A stretch of DNA of 63,984 bases, counting the filler, from Octopus bimaculoides (taxonomy: Eukaryota): assembly GCF_001194135.2 (NCBI RefSeq). It is 9 parts of 9 records of this genome, joined end to end, with 100 filler letters (N's around TTAATTAATTAA, not from the genome) between each part and the next. Parts side by side here need not be neighbours in the genome. Positions count along the whole stretch, not along the records: positions 1 to 12,364 come from NC_068985.1; 8 more parts are not named here. The stretch is one strand, 5' to 3'. The notes under the pieces were generated by a model that was not told where the DNA came from, did no database searches, and saw only the letters and a list, made by a program, of their open reading frames with translations. The translations under genes and the position numbers were made by a program. The stretch's first letter is position 1. Each line of letters opens with the position of its first letter. Positions 1 through 12,217 of this stretch are shown one piece after another.

Positions 1-51
<51 letters not shown>

Positions 52-844
52 GCCGATGGTTTGGGAAAACAACAATTCCGATGACCGCCGAGGAATGCAA
101 GAATGAAATCGTAATTTCACAGCAGACTTTAAAGGTTTATTGCTCCTCCCGCCATTTAGCCAAACTCTAAACATTGTCGTAGTTCAGTGTGGAGTTTATT
201 AGGAAACTAATGCTAAACTGTATTTAATAAAGTCACCAACTAGTTAACTAAATTTGTTTTTTCTTGTGATTTTCCGTTTCTCTTGGTTTATACTGTGAAA
301 GGCCTATAATTACGTGCTACCACACACACACACACGCGCGCACGCACGCGCACGCACGCACGCAAGCATCTATGTGGTAGGGTAATATATTATGCGCAAC
401 ACAGCGGGAATCCGAAGGATTAAAATAAATATACATTGTCGAAAGCGTGGTCGTGAGAGAAATAAGAAAGAAAACATATTCTTTCTGTGATTTTCGTATA
501 CAAAATAAAGAGACGCGGAGTCTTCTAATGGACCGTTTTTACAATATTTTGATGGCGCGTCAGAGAAGACGTGCAGTTTTCTTCCCTACTCAAAAGCACA
601 GAGTATCGAAATATGTAAACTAAACCACCCACCAGTGTGATAGCCTGATTCATTACTGCTTTATATAGTAGCTGGATAAATCATACTTTAGACTGGGGAG
701 GGAGACCGCGTGTGTCCATCAGAATATTCACCCCGCTTCATTCTTGCACATCAAAATCATAAGAGTATTACGTTTGTATTCCTATTTCTTTTACTGTTTT
801 CCTTTCTGTTTGATATATATACATATGTGTATGTGTCTCTGCGT

Positions 845-896
<52 letters not shown>

Positions 897-908
897 ATAT
901 ATATTGCT

Positions 909-1452
909 GAAAAATCTGTCGACGGCCAGCCATGAAACTCGAATTCACATCCTAGTGAGTACGCGTCTAGTGCTTTACCATTAAGCTAAGTATATGAAAT
1001 GTAGGATATATAAATCTAGCTTTATAAGCCACTATCGTACGTTAAATTCAACTTACCTTGAAAGTCAACAAAGTTTGCTTTAGAAGCATTGAGATGTTTT
1101 GAAAAATACAGATAAGGAAATAATTTTATTCCCAAACGTAAGTTGAATTTAACGTACGATAGCGTCTTATAAAGCTAGATTTATATATCCTAAATTTGCA
1201 GAAGAATTTGTCGTTGGGTCAGTTTAGCTTACTGGTAAAGCATTTGACGCGTAATCACAGGAATGTGAGCTCGAGTCTCATGGCTGGCTGCCGACAGATT
1301 TTTCTGTAAAATATGGGTAGTTTATCCTGTTCATGTTATATTATTAGCATTATCCTGCATTTGAGAATAAAATTATTTCCTTATCTTTCAATACATCTCA
1401 ACGCTTCTAAAGCAAACTTTGTTTGTTGACTTTCAACGTAAGTTGAATTTAA
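909..1452. repeat. Nested inverted repeats (A-B-C-B'-A'-C') including a tRNA-like head
   Basis: 909-990 is the reverse complement of ~1224-1303; ~1001-1055 of ~1138-1192; ~1040-1135 of ~1361-1452 (read directly). Confidence 0.8.
1217..1289 (+). pseudogene. Degenerate tRNA-like sequence (Thr-CGT-like loop), probably a SINE head or tRNA pseudogene
   Basis: Acceptor GGTCAGT/GCTGGCT with wobbles, D-stem GCTT/AAGC, anticodon loop CGCGTAA, T-arm GTGAG-CTCGAGT-CTCAT. Conserved U33 and T54 are substituted. Confidence 0.5.
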
Positions 1453-1469
1453 CACACACACACACACAC

Positions 1470-1504
<35 letters not shown>

Positions 1505-1804
1505 CAAAATATGGGGGTTTAGTTCACAAGTGATCTAAACGATTAGGTACGCTAGTGCTGTAACGGATTACTAGGTCTCCAAGGTTGTAGCCGAGACGGT
1601 AGTTATAGAGCCATTGCAGATTCTGATATAGCAGATATATAATTGTTAAAGAGGACAACAAACGTTGAGACAAGGCAAGCATCATATCATATACATTATT
1701 ATTAGTGGAAAAAAAATTCAAAGTCTTACAGCTGTTTCTGGGATATCCCAGAGTATGAGATATTCATACGTTTCTAAAAAAACGTTTCTATAGAAGTGGT
1801 CAAA

Positions 1805-1876
1805 GACTGATCGTGGGAATCGAACCCACATCTCCTGAAAACAAGACAGGATTTCTACTATTGGATCAAACAATCC
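1805..1876 (-). pseudogene. tRNA-like relic
   Basis: Minus strand has a perfect T-arm GTGGG-TTCGATT-CCCAC, a TCCTG/CAGGA stem with a non-canonical 9-nt loop, and a partial acceptor stem. Confidence 0.35.
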
Positions 1877-2788
1877 TTCGAATTTCTCTCTCCATGTTAA
1901 AAACTTATTCTTACCAGCAGGTATTGTATATTGTTGACCGCAGAAGAATTCACAAACTTCGAGAGAACCTCGAGCTGCTACCTCGACACCATTGAATATA
2001 CATTTTATTGAAATTTTGTCCTCACCTGAGCCTCATATTAATTTGCTACTCGGCTGTAAAAGTTTTCCGGCAGAAATAACTTAACTTCAGATTTGGTTTA
2101 AGGCTGTAGATACAGAAAATGACCCTTTTCTTCACCTCAAAAATCCAATGCAAAGATAACCTACTAAAGATAGTTATTGGAACGTCAAATCTTCCAGAAT
2201 ATTGCCTTGTTTTTCTGATAGACTTCTTTAATCTTTCAGTAAATATTCATACAAATTAATTTATATACCGATACACACACACGTGTACAAACATACATTC
2301 ACGCTGATACAGACACACATGTACACGACACAACTGCTACGCAAATATTATTGCATGTCTCTTGTGTACTTTCAGCTAATCGGGAGTATTTATGGTGATT
2401 TGCTGGTTTGATTACACAGTTTGATTACACAGTTTGTCTATTCAGTCAGATAAAGCATCCGGGAGAGGAAGGATCGCTTTTGAATAGCAAGTGCATTTGA
2501 ATTAGCACTGTACGACACGATAACAGCGTCGCCTCTTAAATACAACGAACTCCATGACCCAAATAGGACACAAGCCTAGTTGCCATGCTTTGCTGCTCTT
2601 GCAAAAAGAAAAGACGGTGGACCTTGATAATGAATGAAAGACGTATAACAGGTTTTACTTATAGAAATAATACATTTCTAAATCTCTCAGAGAGATTTAT
2701 GCAGTAGTGATACGATGAAGTGGTTGTATGCTGTCAACTTAATGTGACAGTTCCCTGAAGGGAATAACACTACTGTTGGTTAGACCTA

Positions 2789-3033
2789 GGAAGCTGCACC
2801 GCTTCCTGTCGGCCTTTCCTGTGTCCTTATGTTTACAAGGGGGAGACAAGCACCTCCACCCAGCTAAGCCTGCATCCAGAGACATGTTTCTGAGACATGT
2901 TTCTGATGACGAGCAAAGACTCAAAAACATGTCCCTGGACGCAGGCTTAGCTGGTTGGAGGTGCTTGTCTCCCCCTTGTAAACATAAGGTCACAGGAAAT
3001 GTGTCAAGGCCGACAGGAAGCGGTGCAGCTTCC
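2789..3033. mobile_element. MITE with ~100-bp terminal inverted repeats and TA flanks
   Basis: GGAAGCTGCACCGCTTCCTGTCGGCC... is mirrored by ...GGCCGACAGGAAGCGGTGCAGCTTCC; TA lies on both sides. Confidence 0.7.
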
Positions 3034-3036
3034 TAG

Positions 3037-3575
3037 TACTTAATTTATGGACCCGAAAGGATGAAAGGCAAAGTCGACCTCGGCAGAATTTGAACTCAGA
3101 ACGTAAACACAGACGAAATACCGCTTAGCATTTCGCTCGGCGTGCTAACGTTTTTTATTTTTTTATTGCCCACAAGGGGTTAAACATAGAGGGTACAAAC
3201 AAGGACAGACAAAGGGATTAAGTCGATTACATCGACCTCAGTGCGTAACTGGTACTTAATTTATCGACCCCAAAAGGACGAAGGGCAAAGTCGACCTCGG
3301 CGGAATTTGAACTCAGAACGTAACGGCAGACGAAATACCTATTTCGTTATTGCCCACAAGGGGCTAAACATAGAGGGAACAAACAAGAACAGACGAACGG
3401 ATTAAGTCGATTACATCGACCCCAGTGCGTAACTGGTACTTAATTTATCGACCCCGAAAGGATGAAAAGCAAAGTCGACCTCGGCAGAATTTGAACTCAG
3501 AACGTAACGGCAGACGAAATACTGCTAAGCATTTCGCCCGGCGTGATAAAGTTTCCGCCATCTCGCCGCCTTCGA
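3037..3575 (-). mobile_element. Three tandem partial copies of tRNA-derived SINE family A
   Basis: Repeated GAAAGGATGAAAGGCAAAGTCGACCTCGGCGGAATTTGAACTCAGAACGTAA block at ~3054, ~3271 and ~3455; the minus strand carries the B-box-like GAGTTCAAATTC. Confidence 0.85.
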
Positions 3576-4198
3576 AAACTTACATATTAAGATGGATTTT
3601 ATAAAAAGAATGGAATTTTCAGACAGAATTGTCAACTGGGCCAAACCTGTAACAAACAGATGAATATAGTTTTTATTTTATTTTATTTTGCATTCATAGA
3701 CTCCATAAAGACTACAAAAAGAGGGGATTACATTTAGTAGGGATAATTATAGATACAAAACAGCAAAGTGATAAGAATCAATTAGAATCTTTGCTTGAGA
3801 TTATTAATTTCTATGGACGATCGTATTTCAGACAGTATATCGCCATTTGCATTACTTTGCAAACACGTAGTCCATTTTCATGAGATATTCAGCAACGATA
3901 GGCATTGGAATATATAATCTGATGCCATTTAAAGAAGTTACCTGATACAAAAAAATGGAAGAGAGAAGTCCATATCAACAATATAGCCACGAGATGGCCA
4001 TCTTGAATTAAAGTTCTCGAGAGTATTAACCTTAACTGAAATTGTAGCTTACCAACAGCAACATTTGCACGTAGCATGACATGACCTCACAGATGACAGC
4101 TTTTAATTATCAAACATCTAACGTAAATGGATCTAAAATATCAAACGATGACGCATTACCTCGATTAGAATATATTAATGAAGCAGGATAGGTTGAAC

Positions 4199-4199
4199 G

Positions 4200-4232
<33 letters not shown>

Positions 4233-4360
4233 CGATGATGATGATGATTATGACGATGATGATAATGACGATGTTGATGATAATGACGACGATGATGATG
4301 ATGATGATGACGATGATGATGATGATGATGATGACGATGATGATGATGATGATGATGATG
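4199..4360. repeat. (GAT)n microsatellite
   Basis: Direct reading. Confidence 0.95.
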
Positions 4361-4622
4361 AGTTTATCATCCATCTTGTGACTAATCTTATAAACGCAGA
4401 ATATGAAGTTTGAGATAGCCAGCAGTATCAATTTTATCTGAAATATGAAAAAAGATATCTAATTATAATAGGAGTGATTGTTGTTGTTGCTGTTGTTGTT
4501 GTTGCTGTTGTTGGTGTTGTTGTTGAAAGACCATTTAAGGTAATGAAAAATATTCCGACTGCTAATTATTGTTTCTTATTCAATGAAGATTTAATTGTTC
4601 CACCAACCTAATAAGACTAACA

Positions 4623-4868
4623 TAGGTTGGTGCATAATTATTGCGGCTTATTTTCAATAAATTTTTATCAACAAAAACAATAACAACATTTAACAAAAAT
4701 ATCTTTAAATGATTATTCCGGACCATATTCACCATCTACTTCAATTCCTGCTTCCCATTTGCTTGGCAGACGGTCGGAATAATCACCAAAAGATGTTTCT
4801 GTTACATGTTGTTATTGTTTTTATTGAATAAAACTTATTGAAAAAAAACACAATAGTTACGCACCAAG
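4623..4868 (-). mobile_element. Mariner-derived MITE
   Basis: TIR-like TAGGTTGGTGCATAAT ... GTTACGCACCAA; the minus strand encodes the mariner C-terminal remnant RLPSKWEAGIEVDGEYGPE*. Confidence 0.7.
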
Positions 4869-5279
4869 AAGATTATCACTACATGGATTATGTAGATTTA
4901 TCACTACATGGATTATGTAGATTTATAAGTGAACGTTAGCAAAGAATAGTTTGAACCAATTGCTTGAGGATCAATTTACGCAAGATACGAAAGATGTCGA
5001 ACGTCTACCGAAATACAACCGTTCTCACTCGATGCACACTTAGTCAATAGAAATCAAAGCATAGGTAATTATGCATATGGATCGTGCTTAGAATTTCGGA
5101 AGCGCGGTTTGTATACGTTTCATATACGTTTTGGACAATCAGACTTAATGATTTCTAGGAGAAGTGGACAAGCAAAGGATTCAAAAACCAATTGCAGAAG
5201 GAGTATTACAGAATCAGTCTTGTCTGACAAGGTCAGTGAATTTCGTGATAATCGTTTACTCCTTTATTTGTTTCATTCA

Positions 5280-5432
5280 TTTTTTACTGCGGCCACGCTG
5301 GAGCTCCGCCTTTGCGAGCCTAGTACTGAGTGTATCGGGCTCTTTAGCCGAACCGCTAGGGTACGCGGACGTAAACACGCCAGCATCGGTTGTCAAGCAA
5401 TGGTGGGGGGACAAACACAGACACACACACAC
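5280..5432 (+). mobile_element. SINE family B 3' module
   Basis: ACTGCGGCCACGCTGGAG...GCCGAACCGCTA...GTAAACACGCCAGCATCGGTTGTCAAGC, also found at ~34780, ~44140 and ~62560. Confidence 0.75.
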
Positions 5433-6079
5433 GTATGTAATATATATATATATATATATATATATAGGAAAACAAAAAATGGAACAAGAACGTAACAGGC
5501 GACATCAAAGCATGCAGTCAATTAGACGATACAAAAAAGGACAGGAAAAACAAGGACGGGTCATTCGGAGCTTCCTATCCTCAGTCGAGTTCCAGATCAT
5601 CTTTGCAGTTTCGGCCGGTTACACTCGAGAGCGCTCCAATCTGGCCGGCCCCAAGAAAATCTAAGCTGGTAGCACTAGACTCCTTGGAAGAAAGCAAGCA
5701 AATGTGTAGGAAAACAAGGACGAAAATAACGGAGAAATGGTAAACAATTACAAATACAAACAACAGGACATTAACAACAGGTGTCTTTCGACTAAGGATG
5801 AATTAAGTTAAGCTGGTGTGTGCGGAAGTGAAGGCTTACGGCAGGAACATAAGAGATGAAAGTCATGGGAAGGAATATAAGAGATGCTACACGGACGGTA
5901 GTCGAACCAAGAAAGAAAAGTCAGGCTTGACGGAACACCGGTCACGTGGAACGAGAGGAAAGATGTAGGGGCAGAGGGATTGAAGAATTAGGGAAGGACG
6001 AGAAAGAGAAAAAAGAAAGGAAAGGGACAGATTGAGGTAAAAGAGGAGGGAAAGTGAGAATGAAGGGAAGGTCGAGAAA

Positions 6080-6187
6080 TGTGAGCGAGGTTTCCATCTA
6101 CTAAACCCACTCACAAGGCTTTGGTCGGCCCAAACCTATAGAAGAAGACACTTGCCCAAGACTCTACGCAATGGAACTGAACCCGCC

Positions 6188-6190
<3 letters not shown>
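6080..6190 (-). mobile_element. SINE family B head fragment
   Basis: ACTCACAAGGCTTTGGTCGGCCC...GAAGACACTTGCCCAAG...GGAACTGAACC, reverse of the 9480 and 62330 copies. Confidence 0.75.
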
Positions 6191-6225
<35 letters not shown>

Positions 6226-6602
6226 NNNNNNNNNNNNNNNNNNNNNNNNNNNNNNNNNNNNNNNNNNNNNNNNNNNNNNNNNNNNNNNNNNNNNNNNNNN
6301 NNNNNNNNNNNNNNNNNNNNNNNNNNNNNNNNNNNNNNNNNNNNNNNNNNNNNNNNNNNNNNNNNNNNNNNNNNNNNNNNNNNNNNNNNNNNNNNNNNNN
6401 NNNNNNNNNNNNNNNNNNNNNNNNNNNNNNNNNNNNNNNNNNNNNNNNNNNNNNNNNNNNNNNNNNNNNNNNNNNNNNNNNNNNNNNNNNNNNNNNNNNN
6501 NNNNNNNNNNNNNNNNNNNNNNNNNNNNNNNNNNNNNNNNNNNNNNNNNNNNNNNNNNNNNNNNNNNNNNNNNNNNNNNNNNNNNNNNNNNNNNNNNNNN
6601 NN

Positions 6603-6637
<35 letters not shown>

Positions 6638-6699
6638 CGCGCGCGCGCATATGATGGTATACATATATTACAGTGCCTGTACTAAATTCACTGACAAGA

Positions 6700-6822
6700 C
6701 TTTATTTGGCCCGAGGCTATAGTTGAAAACACTTGTCCAAGATTCCCTGCCGTAGGACTGAACTCGGAACCATGTGGTTGGAAAGGAAACTTCTCTCAAC
6801 ACAGCCACGCCTGCGCGTATTA
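6700..6822 (-). mobile_element. SINE family B head fragment
   Basis: GGACTGAACTCGGAACCATGTGGTTG...CACAGCCACGCCTGCGC. Confidence 0.75.
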
Positions 6823-7324
6823 AAAAATATATATTCCACGAAGACAGCATAAAAATATGCGACTCTATATATACACAATCAACGGTCGACAACCTCAAAA
6901 GAACGGGACACAACCTCAAACACAATATACCAAGACCGCACACAACGGAAATCAAAAGAAGCAACAATCAAATAAGCCAGGAAACGTCGTATAAATAAAT
7001 AAAGCTGAGAAAAGCGGAAAACTGACAGATATTTATATATAATATAAACCACAAAACTAACTGTCGAATACAGAACAATTAGAAATATCAACAACAGCTA
7101 TGTAACATAACAAGCTTTGTTAAAATAATTAAAAAAAACTCAATTAATATAGCCATTCTACAATATTAAGCACACACCCTCATCAAACAGTTCTCAAACA
7201 TAAGTTGCTGGAAATCTTTTGCGCAACTTAGTGGCACATGTGACAGTCAGTACACAGACTATATTGGTTAGTAAATATATACAAAGATAGATAAATAAAT
7301 AGACAGACAGACAGACAGACAGAC

Positions 7325-7381
<57 letters not shown>

Positions 7382-7383
7382 CC

Positions 7384-7742
7384 TCGGCACGCGTCGGTTA
7401 CGACGACCAGGGTTCCAGTTGATCCAATCAACGGAATAGCCTGCTCGTGAAATTAACGTGCAAGTGGTTGAGCACTCCACAGACACGTGTACCCTTAACG
7501 TAGTTCTCGGTGAGATTCAGCGTGACACAGAGTGGGACAAGGATGGCCCCTTTGAAATACAGGTACAACAGAAACAGGAAGTAAGAGTGAGAGAAAGTTG
7601 TGGTGAAGGAGTACAGCAGCGTGTTCCAGAGCTTTAGGTGTTTTCGCTCAATAAACACTCACAACGCCCGGTCTCGGTATCGAAACCGCGATCATATGAC
7701 TGCGAGTCCGCTGCCCTAACCACTGGGCCATTTCGCCTCCAC
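7384..7742 (-). mobile_element. Near full-length tRNA-derived SINE family C within (GATA)n
   Basis: Minus strand starts TGGAGGCGAAATGGCCCAGTGGTTAGGGCAGCGGACTCGC (A box) and contains GGTTTCGATACC (B box); matches the 49052 copy over ~360 bp. Confidence 0.9.
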
Positions 7743-7743
7743 T

Positions 7744-7775
<32 letters not shown>

Positions 7776-7869
7776 CATACATACATACATACATACATAC
7801 ATACATACATACATACATACATACGTGCAAAATAAATATATAAATGCAGTGCTGAAAAGTGAAGTGAGC

Positions 7870-8810
7870 AACATTGTATGAGTTAGCAGTGAGCTCCTCA
7901 AGAAACACTCTCTTCCTGAAGATTTCCTATATAGTCCCAAACCAACTGGGCTGTCTTACCTCAGAGAAGATCTGGATGGAAAGCACCCAGCATACAAAAA
8001 AAAAAGAGACTATGCATGGGTATGTTGCCCGGAAGCTTCAAGAAGACAGTAGAATTGATACGAAGCGCAGCCTCTCTCGCACACAAGACCACTACAATAC
8101 ATCACACTTTGAAGGCTATGCGTTTGCAATCCAAGAACAGGAGATTGTCACAAAGTACTTAAGTACTTGGTGAACAAGAAAGACAGTGTTGTTCTTGTAA
8201 TCCCAAGGTGCAACCGCATGTGTAGGCTGTGTTATGTCCCTGTGGAAGACATCACACATGTGATTAGCAGCTGTCCTAAAATGTCGTCACGGTACTACCT
8301 CCCTATGCGGCACGATCTTGTCGCTAAAACAATTTACAATGCCATCCGCAAGAAAGACTGTCCTGAAATAAACTTAGAAAATCCCTCTCTTATGGAATAC
8401 ATTCATAAACATAAACTCATGGAATACTGGTGGAATATCCCACCAGTATCAAATGTAAAACTTCTGTCAAATGTAAACATAACAGGCTGGATATTGCTGC
8501 TTGGGACAGAGGGGCAAAGGTATGTACCATCATTGAGGTCAGCTGCCCTGCAGATATAAATAGCTCTTTGAAAATCGAAGTAAAAGAGGATATCCATGGA
8601 CAACTTCTTCGAAACCTCCAGCTTCTATATCCAGACTATGAATTCATATTCATATCAATAATAATTTGAGCACTAGGTTTAAACGAGAATCTGGATAAAC
8701 TGGGATTTTCAGAAAGAGAAATCGACCGGCTAATTTGTACATTACAAGTATAATTTGTGAGTGGAACAGTAAAAATATGCAAGACTTTTCTTAAGTTCCA
8801 AATGTTAATT
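7870..8810 (+). mobile_element. Frameshifted 3' fragment of an R4/Dong-like non-LTR retrotransposon (CCHC knuckle plus restriction-like endonuclease)
   Basis: Peptides AFAIQEQEIVTKY, CRLCYVPVEDITHVISSCPK, RHDLVAKTIY, KHNRLDI (NRPD-like) and IIEVSCP are spread over three frames. Confidence 0.85.
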
Positions 8811-9479
8811 TGTCAGTGTTAGCTACATCCCAAAGATGGAGCCTTGTATCTTTGTTGGAAACTGGCTCCCTCCGCAGAGTAAGATTTATAATAATCAAAA
8901 AATAGGAGATACATACATACATACATGCATATAAGAAGAAAGAGAGGCGGTGAGAAAGTCGCTTATGGCTCAGTCATCAGGGGAAGAGCAACGCTCATGA
9001 ATATTTGTGCACGCTCAGGTGATGAAGTCAAACTAGGGAGAAAATTAGAGGTATCACGAAAGAATAAACAGACTGTGAGGGGTTATGTCTATCCATTTTC
9101 ATTCGATGTAGGATCGAACCTGGAACCTGGCGAGAAGATTGCCAAGTTAAATTCAAAACCCCATCCCATAGATAATGTATATGCGTAGGAGTGTGTGTGT
9201 GCGCGCGTCAGTGTTTGTGCGTGTATTTGCTATATAAACGTAGTATGGGTCGAGTATAGCAAACACGTTAACATGACACGATTAAATTAAAAGTGTTGCT
9301 TTAACTTAAGACCAAACAACGTTGAATAACAAACAAAAGGTGTCAACGACATACATATAGGGAATATTTACATAAACCATTTTTACTTGTAACGTATGTT
9401 TGATTAGGTCACCAGCAGGATATATTTCATGAGTCGTTTGAAAGAAGGGGAATTATCTAGCAATGCCATTTTAGACATA

Positions 9480-9790
9480 CATAGAGGCTCAGTCGTAGCT
9501 GGGCGGTAGGAAGTTTGTTTTCTAACCATATGGTTCCGGGTTCATTCCCGCTGCGTGGCACCTTAGCCAAGTGACTTTTATTAGAGCTTCGGGCAGACCA
9601 AAGCCTTGTGAGAGGGCTTGGTAGATGGAGACTGAAAGAAGCCCATCGTATATTTTGTGTGTATGTGTGTTTGTGTCTTTTGATTCTGTGTTTGCCCTCC
9701 ACTACTACTTGGCAGTCGGTATTGGTGTCTTTTGAGTTTCCGTAACGCACCGGTTCTGCAAAAAAAAGACCGGTGGAATAAGCATGAGTC
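9480..9790 (+). mobile_element. SINE family B copy
   Basis: ACCATATGGTTCCGGGTTCATTCCCGCTGCGTGGCACCTT...GACCAAAGCCTTGTGAG...GAAAGAAGCCCATCG. Confidence 0.8.
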
Positions 9791-10269
9791 AAAATGTACG
9801 ACAGCTTAAAAAGTCTCCATATGGAATTACAGTCGTGGTGTCAGTTAGATAGCAATTCGAGTTTTCTATTGTTTTTACAGCATATTTTAATACCTGTAAG
9901 CTTTCAGACAGTTTCTACAGCTTGATGATACGGTAAAATATGGCGTAGCTCTGTCAACAATGTTTCACGCTATAATAGTGTAATGATATCTATTGATCCC
10001 TGGGCTTCCAGATAAATTAGGACAGGGAAGTGGATATTTTCCTGTTCATTTAAATGTCACTTTCCTTGTTTCTAAAAGAATACAGGTGTTGACTGTAACG
10101 TCCATTGACATGAGTAGTGAACTCTGTGCAGTTTCTCTGAATACTACTGGGTGTTATAACTGGTGCTTGGTTGACCGCTCTTTTGAAGAAACAAGTTCTC
10201 TGAGCGGATACGTGATACAGTTTTCTGGCTCTGTAACGATTCTTTAAGTCCATCGCCCTAACATTTGTT

Positions 10270-10475
10270 TCAAATTTGGGCTCAAGGCCAACAATTTTGG
10301 GGGAGGGGAAAGCCGATTACATAGAACTTGGTTTTCAAATGGTATTTATTTTATCGTCCCCGAAAGAATGAAAAGCAAAGTAGACATCGGTAGAATTTGA
10401 ATTCAGAGCGCAAAGACGGACGAAATATCACTGAGCACTTTGCCCGACGGTTCTGCCAGCTCACCTCCTTCCATC
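10270..10475 (-). mobile_element. SINE family A copy
   Basis: GAAAGAATGAAAAGCAAAGTAGACATCGGTAGAATTTGAATTCAG...TTCTGCCAGCTCACC. Confidence 0.75.
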
Positions 10476-10516
10476 GCCCTAATATTAATAACAATAATGA
10501 TTAAACGTAATAACAC

Positions 10517-10666
<150 letters not shown>

Positions 10667-10718
10667 GATGATAAAAAATACCTTAGGAATGAGAACCCAG
10701 GTTCGAAATTTCCCCAAG

Positions 10719-10762
10719 ACACTTGAAGAAGGCTGGAGGGTATATCAGCCGAAACGTTGTGT
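10719..10762 (+). ncRNA. Minimal type I hammerhead-like motif (C3U variant)
   Basis: ACAC-UUGAAGA-A-GGCUG(10 nt)CAGCC-GAAAC-GUU-GUGU; stem I ACAC/GUGU and stem II GGCUG/CAGCC. Confidence 0.55.
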
Positions 10763-12179
10763 TAACAACAAACAAGATGAGGACTAATATCCGTCAAATG
10801 TAAATAATGTAAATAATGTAAGTAAATTAATGTTGTGATGTTCATGACATTCCATCCATTCCTAATAAAATGTAACGGCGTAAATCGATTTAGTGTAGAA
10901 TTTAAAGCTAGATTGCATACTCGGTTTCCATAACATTATGTGACTATTGTAAAAGCGCATGACTTCGTTGTGGGATTCACGATGGTGGGATCGATTCCCG
11001 AACGAGTGTTGTGTCCTTAGGCTAGGTACTTTACTTCATATTAAATAAGTACTTTCAGCTAAAAATCAATGAGTCTGCTGAGTAATGATGCCTCGTATTT
11101 TATGAGCCGGACATGTTCAAATGCAAAATTTCAGTGGCTCTTGACAGAAACTGTACAATAGATATCGACGATAGTGACAACAACAACAACAACGGCGACA
11201 TAACTGTAACGATAATAATTTGTGTAGTTACCAATTGTAACGGGTAAGATTGATTAGGTACACAATAATACGAAATGTCGAAGTCGGCAGTTGTGACGAT
11301 GAAAATTTGTTGTTATAACGACATGTTGCAGGATGCGAAAGATGAACGATGCATGGAGTTTTAAGGAAATATTTATTTACTGTTACGTTACAATACCTTG
11401 CCTCGTTGGGCAGGTTATAACATCCGAGAGCATGCGAAAGAAAGATGTGGTAGAATGTTTCTTTGCATAGTTTGGCGTATACGAATTGTTAGTAGCAATC
11501 CACAGATAGCGATAGAATGATGTTGTAAGAGAACAGAATTAGAGCTAGTGAGACTTGTTGAGGGACGTTGTCTCACAGTTGCTGAGTAAACTTCATTTCT
11601 CCCTCTGGCCAAGGTTCTAGCTGGTCAACCAGACTTCGTTCTCATTGAGTCGTTACCATGAACTCGTTGAGTCGTCACCGACTGGTGATTAACTGTTTTT
11701 TTTTTGGGGGGGGGGTTGCTTGGGGCTTCTTGTTTTTATAACTATCCAGAAGAATAGATATATCATTGAGAACAATAGATTTAGTTGGTGGTCTCGTTAT
11801 CTCTCTTCAAGCTTTTGGTGGAGTAGAAGAGGTTAGAAAGGGTCAAGTGGTGAAGACATTATTTTGGCCTAGCTAAAGGCATCTGGAAAATGTAAAACTG
11901 CTGCCAGAGAAAAACCATTGTTCCACCGTGGGAAAAGTTCTGTCGCAGTGTTAATTTAAATGTAGCTATAGTGGATCGAATCCACTTCATGCATGCAAGT
12001 TCTACTACATAACTATTGCTGCGTTTGCACACATTGAAGATCTCGATATTACATAATATTGAGGTCTCTTTCTTTTGTTGTCTTACTTTTTCTATCAATA
12101 TATATGTGTGTGTGTGTGTGTGTGCGTGCGTGCGTGAGTGTGTATATATATATGTGTGTGTGCGTGTATATATATATAT

Positions 12180-12213
<34 letters not shown>

Positions 12214-12217
<4 letters not shown>

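Noticed and set aside
1217-1289. Functional tRNA-Thr gene
   Set aside because: U33 and T54 are substituted, the anticodon stem is mismatched, and it is embedded in an inverted repeat; treated as a pseudogene or SINE head.
2739-3036. Two ORFs with near-identical peptides on opposite strands
   Set aside because: A consequence of the palindromic MITE, not duplicated genes.
5620-5680. Minus-strand GGCCGG/CCGGCC-GAAAC hammerhead-like stem
   Set aside because: The CUGANGA box is absent, so it is too degenerate to call.
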